Positions 18,040-35,661 of a stretch of DNA of 64,000 bases are shown here, piece by piece (the first letter of the stretch is position 1; the number at the start of each line of letters is the position of its first letter). A program made the translations under genes and the position numbers. This stretch comes from Zygnema circumcarinatum SAG 698-1b (taxonomy: Eukaryota; Plantae; Zygnematophyceae). The stretch is taken from the NCBI GenBank assembly GCA_037447605.1, contig CM074806.1, positions 2,914,001 to 2,978,000 of the forward strand, in the 5' to 3' direction. Under the pieces are notes generated by a model. That model was not told where the DNA came from. It worked only from the letters and a program-made list of their open reading frames with translations, and did no database searches.

Positions 18040-19977
18040 GGGGGAGAAGCTTCCTTCTACCCTACCAGCCGAATGCCCTTCCATCAGCGGCATTTGGAGG
18101 ACTATACCTCTGCTCGTCTTCCCAAATGACTTCACACCTCTCTTCCCTTCCCTGTTTGTTGAAACTCTTCTGCACCCTCAAGCCGGTCTGGACGTGGCAT
18201 TGCAGACTGGTGGAGGCAGGGGTCTCAATGCTTTTGGCTGCCCATGGCGACGTGGTCCATATGAAGGTTCTTGGCAACATGGCAATGTAGCCTCTATTAT
18301 GGTTATTCTCAACAGAATCGCCAGGTGGCACCTGTATTGCCCTCCAAAATAGATAGATAGGTGCTGGCATTCTCAGGCAAACAAAGCGAGGAGTTTCCCG
18401 AGCTGCTCACCTAGGAGTGGCAGTTCTGCCGGGCATTAAGGCGGGTGTTGGTTTCAATAATGGTCCGGATCCTTCATCAATGAACGAGAAACATTGATCG
18501 ATTGGCGGTTCTCTGCTCGTGACCGTGTGACCATTTTCTAATGCAGCCAGTATGCGGATGGCCCTCTTTCGGATTCAACTTTTGTGGTGGTGTTTTGTGC
18601 TCAACCTCGTCACATTGAGGTTACAACTGGCGGGTTTTTTCAAGAGCAAGCAGAGCGGATATAATGGTACTTGGCACGGAAGCACGTGCCAGGCCTGGCT
18701 GAGTTTCCTCCAGTGCCAGCCGACGCCTTCAGTGGGAAGGATGGGCCTTCCATCAGATATCAAAATGTGCTCGGAGGGGGTCGCTGCGGTTGGAGGGCCA
18801 GGTGAAGGCGTCACGGGGGAAGCTTCCAGCCGTTCCTTAGCCCGTGGTTTCCCCATGGCAGACATTCATGTGAAGCTCCTGCAATACCAAATCTCCGCCA
18901 TGCGACCCCTGGGGGCATTGGACCGCACTGTGTTCATATCACCTCAGCAAGTGATGCGCCTCGTCAAAGTGAAAGCAAAGCATTTTGTAACCCTAGAGCG
19001 TCACCGGGCCATTGTAGAAGAGTGCTGAGGACAGATGTCATTTCTATCCAGGAGGCAGGGATGCGTGCGGTTGCTATGTACAGCTGTGACTTCAAAACGC
19101 CTTTTCACTGTTCTATTCTGAAGCTCTGGTCCATATCTCTATAGTACAAGTATATGGCATCCAACAAAATTGCCCAATGTGATGGCATGTTGCATTCTTT
19201 GTCTTCTTCGCGACCCCACCCGCCCCCTTGTTCCCTTCCGAGCGTATTTAATGAACCACCACAAATGAAGACTTAAGCAAGCAGACAAAAGCACTTTTTT
19301 AGTTTCTTCAGACCAATTGGCAAATCCAAAGACTAGCCGTACAACGAACATTTCAGGGTTCAGAAAAAAAATGCTTCAGCGGCGGGACAACGCCGAGACA
19401 ACTGAGCGTTAGCCCATTATTTACAAAAGAAGCACAGCCCGCACCCTCCCCTCCCTGCCTCCCCGCACCACACTAACTTCACACAAAAAATGTCACTTCA
19501 AACTCGCGCGCCAGCCTCGAAAGCTGCAGCTCCTCTTTCTCACCAAAACTTTCAACTCCCTGCCTACGTCGCCCATTCTATGGCTCCCAACCTCTGCATC
19601 GAGAGCTTGCACCCAACGGTCTAATTATCATCACTCCCTCGGCACGCCTACGAAAAAGCTAATTTCGTAGGCAGAATTTTTATGCGCCCCCAGCACACAC
19701 CTGTCCACACATGTGGGGACAGTAATAGGAGATGCTCTGTATGCTGTCCCGCTTTATACTATACGCAGCATAGTTGCCAAATGTAGAATTCGAAGGACCC
19801 CGCATAGTCCACATGATGAGTCGTGTGGGCCTTCTCCTCCAGTCCACTGACGCTCGGCCCGATAAGTTGTGGGCCTCCGCACGCCTCCCCTGTTTTACTG
19901 AGCAGCTTCTACTTTGATCACTCAGGTCTATGGACACGGTTCGATTCAGTTCTCCTCTCATATCTCACATCCTTATC

Positions 19978-22687
19978 TCATACAAACTGGTAGAGAGCAG
20001 CGGTGAAGACGAAGGACATGGCTGCTCCAAACAAAGCCAGGATGCCACCTGGCGTCACTTGACGCTTGGCCACCGACCGTTCAGCTGCACATTCAAACAT
20101 ATTTGCATCCGGCTATTCATCACAACAGTCTTACAATCACCACCTAGCATTTCAAAGTTTGAAACTTGCGCCATAAACACGTTGCAGCTTCTGGAAAGGA
20201 GAGATTGCTCACTGCAAGAAACTTGCATAAACAAAGATCTTAGAAAGCATTCGTTTGATAAGTATGGAAAGGCAGTTTGAAGAATAGCAGGACGAACCTG
20301 CCCAGAACATTACGCCCACCGATGCACCCAGGCCGAGGATGTAGGCATCTATTCCTGTCCCGCTGAAAGAGGCAGAATCGGAAAGAAAGCGAAGGAAAAA
20401 AAAAGAAGGTACATCAGTACGAGCAATCAGCTTCAAGCATAGGCATCTGAGTTGCAGTACAGTCGCAAGCAGCAAGTGGAAGATGGTAGCATTGGAAGTG
20501 AGCAGGAAATTCAGAACTCAGGCACTCTATTGCCTATTCCCACTTCACTAACTGTGGTAGCTTCAAGCATAATTTTTCAGTAAACAGAGCTTGCAGCTTT
20601 CATCTAACTACATGTTCTTTAAAAGGATGCAGCATGCTCCTTAGAAATTTCAGGTCAGAATTGCTGGTTAGACTGAAGAATAATCAAGAGCGAGGAAGTT
20701 AGAAAGTAAGGACACCAGACAATGAAAGGGTGAAGCCCAACAAGAGCCAAACAAAAGGAACTTTCGACCCAGAGAGACAGTGAAGAATGAGCGAGATAAA
20801 GAAGGCAGACCCAAGAAAACATGAAGACTAAAATGAAGCGTTGTAGATGCTTGTAGGGACTGAGACAGGGGCAGAACATATAGTTATATATCGGTAGACG
20901 ATTAAATGTCACACCTTTCCTGTATTCAAACCGACCAGCTTGAAACACACAGGGAAGGATGGAGAACAAGCCAAAAAATCGAAGGTACATTCAGAGCACA
21001 TCCTCGGAATGTCTAGAATGGAATAACAACGCGCACAAAGAGCCATGGATGAACAATGCATCAACTGCATAACGGAGGGGAACCGGGTAGTCAATGTCTA
21101 ATACACGATCCCATGCTTCTGCAGACACTGGTGACGCAGATGCTTCAGATCGGACTTTAAAGAGATTACCAAACGGACAGACATCTTCTCACAGCTCATA
21201 TAAGCAACGTGATCGAACACATAAGCTTTCCTTCACCTTTTCACACACCTTCACTTGCAGTCTAAACCCGCAGCATTACACTACCATGCCTCAAAATGGA
21301 ACCATAAACGAGCCCCCCAGAAACTGCAATCACACAGACAGGACAAGTTCTCGCAGGTATCCTCGCTGGGCCTAGGAACGCGGCCCAGGAATTAATACCC
21401 GAAAAGAATGCAATCCGCTATGCCCTACCACAGCAGCCATGCGATTGAGTATCGTCAAAGTTTGAGGAGGAGAACTCACTATCTCATTCTGATGATTGAA
21501 ACTGCGAGAAGGCTCAACAAACCGAGCGCTGTCCGAGCGAAGGATTGGTCAAACCCGTCCTCCTTCACCCAAGTTGCTATGCAGTATCCGAGATGGAGAG
21601 CTGCAAATGCAAGCGTGAGAGCAGGAAGGAGGTAAACATGCTCCGAGTCTTCGTCCTCTTCACCTTCGTCCCCGCCATCGCCATCCCCGTCACCTCCGCG
21701 AGGGCCTTTCCCCCCATTTCCCCCGCCGGAATTCTCCTTCAGAACTGCTTTTTCTGGAAGCGACAACCCATCCATCATCTGCATAGCCCACGGGCTGTAT
21801 GCTATCTCCAGGTTGGTCCGAGCCATCGAAGCGTTCAGGTTGTCTATCTGTTCAACTAGTTGCTCCGGGAACACTGTATCATCATCCCGAAAGCACCGAG
21901 TTTCTCCGCAGCTCTTCTGCTCCCGCTGGCCGACTAAGACCACCGGATTCGCAGAGACTGAGTTTGGATAGAATACGGCATAGAAAGATGAAGGAGTAGC
22001 CGACAATTTGGGAGTGGAATCTGAGTGGCTCGGCAAATAGAAGACAACGGTTCCTGAGGACGGCTTCGAGCACTTCTCATAAGAACCCTGCATATTCCAG
22101 AGCCCCTGTTTGCCGCAAGAAGCGTCTGCTGCGTCATTCGCGAACGAGCGCCACTGCGGAGGAGCCGAACACGACACAGGTTCGCCATGTTTTGACGCCG
22201 AAGGACGGGCCATGGACGCCGAAAAAGCCCCTTCTGATGCCCCTACCGAAGGGACGCCCATTACATTATTGACACCTGCAGGCCTCGGACTCTGGCAAGG
22301 GCTTCCAGCAGGAGGGTAAAGCCCTCCCAGAGCCGAGGAGCCGAGCGGGCTGGAAGCTGTTGTGACTACAAGGGGCTGGGAAGGCAACGGCTGCCTCGGA
22401 GATGCGCGGGCAGAACTCGCCTGGCTAACAGCTAGCGTGCTGGAGCCTCGCAGATTCTGCTGCCACATGTCATCCTGAGAGTAAAGATTTGAACTGCCGG
22501 TTTTGAGCGTGTTGGCTGGGGGAGGAGGTACATAGGAAACTGACACCTTTGCAGAAGAGGGAGTGCGGTAGTGGCCATGGCGGTCAGATTTACTGCTGCC
22601 GCGGTGATGGCCATGACCTTTTCCGTAGCCTTTGGATGCCCTCACCACGTACTCCGCAATGCCCGCGTAGTACACAGTGGAACCCAT
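19978..22687 (-). CDS. TMEM14/FATTY ACID EXPORT (FAX)-like membrane protein with a long N-terminal extension
   Basis: Exons 22687..21480, 20362..20298, 20084..19978, GT-AG and in phase. The apparent stop at 21479 coincides with a GTGAGT donor. A Gly/Asp linker (GGGNGGKGPRGGDGDGDGGDEGEEDE) precedes four hydrophobic segments ending ...GLGASVGVMFWAAERSVAKRQVTPGGILALFGAAMSFVFTAALYQFV*, which resembles the TMEM14 helix-3/basic loop/P-x-G/helix-4 pattern. Confidence 0.65.
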
Positions 22688-23091
22688 GCTTCCGCTCGCG
22701 CCACCGAAAATTGCAGTCTAGGTCCCTTCCTGGAGATAAATTCCCCTGCAGGAAAAAGCTCAAGATAGAGAATCACTGAAGTGCCCAAAGAAGTAGATGC
22801 AAGAAGCTGCTGATTGCCTTCGGTTGGACGACGCCTCTACGACCTTCGTACGGTCCTCCAATTCAGCCTGCTGCAATCCCCTTCAGTCTTAACACGTCCG
22901 ACGGTCGCCATGGCGGCCACCTGTGCCTGTCCCTCTCTCCATGGCCCTAGCTCCCGTCCCCTGCAAGTCCAACCCTAAAACCAGCAGCCCGCCCGCCCAA
23001 GGCGCTCCCCCGGGGGGGGCGCGGCTCCATGCTCGCTCGGAGGATCAAAATCCGTCCAGGTCAGCGATCTTGAATTTCCCGATTGCCACGT

Positions 23092-23446
23092 CACGTGACG
23101 GACGGTCGGATGCGGCCGCGCCTGCGGTTAGAGGGCGGGCGGCGGATCCGGGCAGCCAATGGCGAACGCTTGGGCAGGGAGAAGGGAAAAAATCCACTCT
23201 TTTCATGTGCCCGGGGATTCGGGCAGCAGATCGTTTCCAAGGGCGGGCGCGATCCCCTGGTCGTTGCTCCCTCGGCGGTCGCAGTGCCGAGATGCAAACC
23301 GCGGCGGAAAGTTTTCCAACCTGCGCGAATTGAAGTTTTTGCCGTCCGCCCGCAGCCGGGGCGCAGGTGCGCCAGCGAGAATGCGCGACGATTTGAGGCC
23401 ACGTGGCAGCTGCGCGAGAGATTGGCGCAGGATGACGTGCCACGTG
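23092..23446. promoter_or_regulatory. G-box/ABRE cluster in the GC-rich region upstream of the FAX-like gene
   Basis: CACGTG at 23092, 23400 and 23441, plus ACGT-core variants, in a CpG-rich tract. Confidence 0.4.
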
Positions 23447-23743
23447 TCGGGATCAAGCTAGTCCCCTGCCCTACTTCAGTTAAAGGCGAGGTCCCGCCCG
23501 CCTTTCCGAGGCGCATTCAACCGCCCCCGCCGCCTCAAAATGCGCAACCGTGCGCAATTGCATCAGCAAACTTGAACCACGTCAGCAAAGCTGCAGACAG
23601 TCGACCCCCGCGGAGGGCCGTACCGTACGGTACTACTGTCGTTTGAGCCGGTCTGCACCCGCCCGTGGCGGCCGCGTCGTGGCTTGCGGCCCGCCTGCCC
23701 GCCGGGTTCTGTCGGCCGCCCGGAGCGCCCGCCCACCCGCAGC

Positions 23744-23795
23744 AGCCATAAGCCATAGCCATAGCCATAGCCATAGCAATAGCTGCCAGCCATAG
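23744..23795 (+). repeat. (AGCCAT)n hexamer tandem repeat
   Basis: About 7 copies of AGCCAT/AGCAAT. Confidence 0.9.
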
Positions 23796-24443
23796 AAAGA
23801 TATTTGGGCGGCGTTGGCCGCCCCCGCCCCCGCCTCCTCCTCGTACGGTCGGTCGGGCCCTCCGCCCTTCGGCCCGCGCGGCGCGGCCGCGTCAAGAACT
23901 CGAACCGTCTGCCAGCTGGCGGCTGGCGGCTGCAGTCAAAGCGCGCCACGTGGCGTTGATCATCATCATCCTCCGGGATCCCCCCCGCGCGCGAGGCGGC
24001 GGCCTCCGCCCGGGAGGGAGGTGGTCACCTGCGTCCGTCCGTCCGTCCGTCCGCGCTACAGTTCCGTACTATACACCTTGAGGTTCGATACAGCAGTGTA
24101 TAATACCGTATATATATGAATACAGTATTCGCGGCTGCTTCTAGGGCTGCGTTGTTGTGCCTAGGCGTAGTTTTCCGCTCCGAGCTTCGTTTTATTGTGT
24201 TTCGGTCCTTTGTGACCAGTCCTTCGTGGTTCCACATTTTGCCTTTATCCATGTAAATTTGATGGCCTCGCCATCGCGAGTTCAATGAAAGTTTGCAATA
24301 CAGTATTTATACACTATAATACTCAAATGACTAGTGTTGAAATCCGTACAATCGGACATATAATTGTACGGAGGTAGTGTACGAAATTGTACGGGCCGAG
24401 TCACGCGTGTTGAGTGTTTAGCAAGTGACGTGAATCCCTAGAC

Positions 24444-25030
24444 CCTTCGCTGAACCAACTTCAATTAAATCCAACGGGTACCGCTGGAGGGAAACGCAAC
24501 CACAAGACATTCAAGCAAGTTCAAGCGGTAACGCAACCACAAGACATTCAAGCAAGTTCATTGTAAAAAGAGGAGCCGCCTTGGAGCGAACAAGATAGAA
24601 CGACAGACAGCCATAGCTTTCAATGCTGCACAATTGGTCCGGACTATACAAGACATAAGAAATTGTGGGCAAGATACCTTTCTGGCCCTGTGTGAACTCA
24701 AAGAGGTCATCGATAATTACTGCTGCTCGCTCTACGACCCTTCCAACGAGTAGCAATGTAACAGCTGACGACCACAGCTTAGGACGAGAGTTCGAACAAG
24801 GAGCTAATGGCAATGACGCCCATGACGATGAAGACTTTAAAGACGAACTGTTTAGCTCCATGGACTTCGATGGGTTGTTGGACGATCCAAACCTCATGCC
24901 GGATAGTGCACTCTTCGGTGACAACTTGGGTGCTGGCGTTATTGACGATATTCTTGACGAGATTGATCAGAGTAAGTATAGCATCATCAATGAGATGAAT
25001 AGTTCACTAGCTTCTTTCTTTTGTGCTTAG
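24444..25030 (+). pseudogene. hAT transposase C-terminal (dimerisation-domain) remnant with acidic tail
   Basis: Removing one copy of a 37-nt tandem duplication (copies at 24493 and 24530) restores PSLNQLQLNPTGTAGGKRNHKTFKQVHCKKRSRLGANKIERQTAIAFNAAQL. This resembles the hAT 'P.SSA..ERN.S.F..IH.K.R.RL......I.FN' signature. A frameshifted D/E-rich tail follows (ORF 24665-25030). Confidence 0.65.
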
Positions 25031-26657
25031 GCCTTTTGCGACCAGTCCCTTGTGGTTCCACATCATGCTTTTGTCCATAAAAAATTGATCTCCTCGCCAT
25101 CGTGAGATCAATGCCACTTTTTTCGCCATTCACTTGTCGTCTTTGGGTGTGATTAGTATAAATAGTAGTAGAAGAAGAAAGGGGTGGCTTTTTTGTTGTG
25201 TGCATAAAGAGTTTTAATCATCATTCTGTTGTTGCTCTTCTTCTCTTATCCTTCTCATGATACCTTCACCGCTGTAGGTAGCAGCACTACCACATGGCCC
25301 ATCATCAATACCCCCCTTGAAACTGCTCTTGTGCACCTATTTTTCAATACAACTATTTTGAGACTAGTATAAGGTGTCTTAGAGCTGCCTTACGGCTTGA
25401 AGCTTCAATTATTATAATCAGTCTCTGTCTAACTAGCAAGAAAACGAATAAAAGACGTTAAATATATATAAAGTACACTGTATTTTAAAATGTGGTATAA
25501 TACGCACGTTTTATACAGTGTGTTATAGACGCGTTTGATACATACGGATCTATAGTCCGCGCTGCACGCCCGCCGCTCGTTCCGCATCCTGGCGCGGTGG
25601 CGCCATGACGTGAGCCCTCGGCCCTCCCTTCCTCCCTCCCTCCCTCGAGCCTCCCTCGAGGTCCCCTGCAAGGTTGGGATCGTCACCGCTTGTTCCACTC
25701 GCGAGAGGTCGGCGCGGCGCGGCGCAGCGCTGCCTCGCTTCACGCGGCGCGGCCTCCCTTGAGCACATCTCGCGAGCTTGGCGAAGTGTGATGAGGCACG
25801 GAACGAACAGGCCGCGGCGTTGCAAACTCTCCGGATTCTGCAGGGCGTACGAGTGCACGACGCAACTCGATTTCGAGCTGCCAACCAGCTCGTGCCAGCC
25901 TGCCTGCCTGCCTGCCTGGCGGGGCGCGCTCCATGGACGCAGCGGAGCCGGTTGGCACATTGCCGTGCGTCCGTCGGATGGTCTGTGTTCCAAGTATCTT
26001 GTTTTGTCCTGTAGCGAAAAGCCTTTTCAAGTTCTATCTGCGACTTTGCCGGCGCGGCTTGTCTTGCTTCTGCTGTTGCGGTCGGGCGAGCAGTGCTGCG
26101 AGCGAGCTAAAGCGAAACTGGGCACGGGGCCATGAAAGGGCTCGAAGTGCGCACAGGAGGAGACGTGAGCAGAGTCTGACGAGCAAATCTCCAGGAGTCT
26201 CATCGAAGGAGAACGTCTCACCATCTCAAGCTTTCGTTTCGACACAACCTCCATTTTGACTTTCCCTTCAGTCAGACTAAACGGGCGGGCGGGCGGGCGG
26301 TACACAGAATTACAGTCGGCTGCGTATGCCAAAGCAAACGCCATTTCACGGGTCGTACCAGGTCTTCCTTACCGCAGTGCACAGAAGACCTATACCCATC
26401 CGCAGCACGTCTGCAGCCACACGTTCATTTGAAACAATTCCAGATCATCCCCCCACTTGGGTAAAACCCAACCTCGGGCATGGGAACAGTCCACGGGATG
26501 CAAGTGTTAACGATTCAACGTGTTGGGATGACAAAAACAAAAAACCCGCCAGGAAGCTCCCTTGCAAGGCAAAATGGAGGCTGCAATTAAGACTCCGCCA
26601 ACCCCCCCGCTGAGATGCCTTCCCCACGGACGTCTGCGGCTACACGGGGTGGGAGCG

Positions 26658-33907
<7,250 letters not shown>

Positions 33908-34982
33908 CCTAACACCTGAGAGGCAAGAATACGCAGCTGTCAGGAAAAAGAAACAGAGAAAAAGAGAAAGAGCCTTAAGAGCTACGGGGAATTGCTGCGA
34001 TGCTTCCAAAACATTCAAGCAAGCGGACCGCAGGGAGTAGCCCTATCACCAAAAACAACGAGAAGGTGCAAAAAAACTGCGGAGCAAACAAAAGAGGCCT
34101 ATTATTTTTCACGGATGTTACCCGTGCCTGTGAAAAGTGTATGCATCAGCGAATGATATGCTTGTGGAAAGGTGAAGTTATGACATTTGCAGTCATGTAG
34201 GATCAAACAGAGAAAACTAAGGCAACTTCTCGGTATGCTTTGAGGCGCTTAAGCCGTGAAAACGAATTGGCAGAAAACCAGGGGAACGGATTCGTTTTAA
34301 AAGAATAAAACATCCGGGAAAACAAAAAAAACGGCACTCCTGGGTCGTTCTCAAGATACTCCTCGCAAATAAACGAATTTCCCTTTACTCTTGAAACCGC
34401 CGAACGAGCATAACTGCTGAAATTTGCTCACCATGTTTCCACAGCCGCATCGAAAAGGATTGAATAAAACTTTGACGATTCAACGAACACTTGGATCTCG
34501 TACCTTTTTCCAAACAGCAATCCACAGATCTTTGAGGCACGAAGCCCAACCACTCCACTTCCCGGGTGAATCGCCCGCAACGTCGCTTGTGTACTTCGAC
34601 TCACGGACCCTCACCGACCGGGCACCCACCGTTCCCTGAAACCCTGACTACTTTGCGCCTAAATATAAGCAAACTCAACTCGCAGAAGGAGCTACGAAGT
34701 CATAGTGATGATAAATTTAAGTGGCGGCGGCCAAGCTTCGGCTCATGATCCATGGTCCAAGGCGCGACGGCGGGAAAGGAGACCCGTTAGGCAATGACAC
34801 TGAGCCAGCCACACGCAGCGAGGCACCGGAGGCGTATGGCTCATGGCGGGGCCTCATCCGGGCGGCCGCAGGACGGGGGCCGCGGCTATGGAAACGCCAC
34901 GCTGTATGCTGCCCTAGGAGAACAAGCTTTGGAATTACTTCTCGGAATTTGCAGTACTGGATACATGATCGCATCGCGTCGC

Positions 34983-35230
34983 CAACCGTTGCCATCGTGA
35001 GATCAATGCCCAATTACCAATTGCCAATCTTGAGTTTTCGATTGGCCAAACGACTGTTCGCCAATGGTTGAGCGGCCAATGGTTGACAGCGACTTGGCAA
35101 TGGTTGGCTGGTTTCGCTAATCAATGGTTGCAGCCGTTGCCAATGTTTGCAACCAGGGAAAATATGGTATGCATCGTGAGATGTCGAAGCGAAGGGGAAC
35201 TTTCATTGAACTCGCGATGGAAGCCGTTTC
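34983..35230. mobile_element. About 250-bp MITE-like element with imperfect inverted ends and an internal CAATGGTTG array
   Basis: The ends are inward-facing copies of the dispersed repeat core (20/29 matches by hand alignment). CAATGGTTG at 35062, 35077, 35098, 35122, plus a variant at 35141. No target-site duplication found. Confidence 0.5.
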
Positions 35231-35661
35231 GCTAGTGTGTTGTCCATTACGGTACAATACGGTACTTGTACTGTTGTAATACGGACGGAGCGCTCCCTGG
35301 CCTGCCTGTGATATGCTGCTCGTCTCTACCGTGGTGGACGACCGGACTGGACCGCCTGATCCTCTCACAGGCCCGGGCTCTACTTCTCGGGGAAGCAACT
35401 ACTGAAACGGGAGTCCTGTTTCATATTGTATGGTCTCGTGGTTGAAGGACAGGCAGATTGCAGAGTCCACTTGAGAAGTGTGTGAAAAGTCTGTGTTACT
35501 GCATGTTCAACAAGGGGCAATTGACACCATGCAAAGGAGCACAGTATGTATTTACAAAGAATGATTTATTCAATGTCTTCCCACACCATCAATCGCCACG
35601 AGGAGCTGACACAAAAATAATGACCTCATGAATGATCATTTCCCTCCACATGACTGCCAAT

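Noticed and set aside
18062-19028. 158-aa and 102-aa ORFs downstream of cornichon
   Set aside because: No motifs, splice support or compositional signal that I can defend; left unannotated.
24493-24560. 31-nt direct repeat suggestive of CRISPR
   Set aside because: Only two copies with a 6-nt gap, no cas genes, eukaryotic context; it is a simple 37-nt tandem duplication.
24094-25480. CAGTGTA...TACACTG as termini of the hAT remnant
   Set aside because: Only a 7-bp match, and the flanks (CGATACAG vs TATTTTAA) show no 8-bp target duplication.
22923-26344. Many overlapping 80-190-aa ORFs in GC-rich spacers (also 42580-43695 and 62272-63921)
   Set aside because: Open in several frames on both strands, as expected from high GC content, and Arg/Pro/Ala-rich with no domains.
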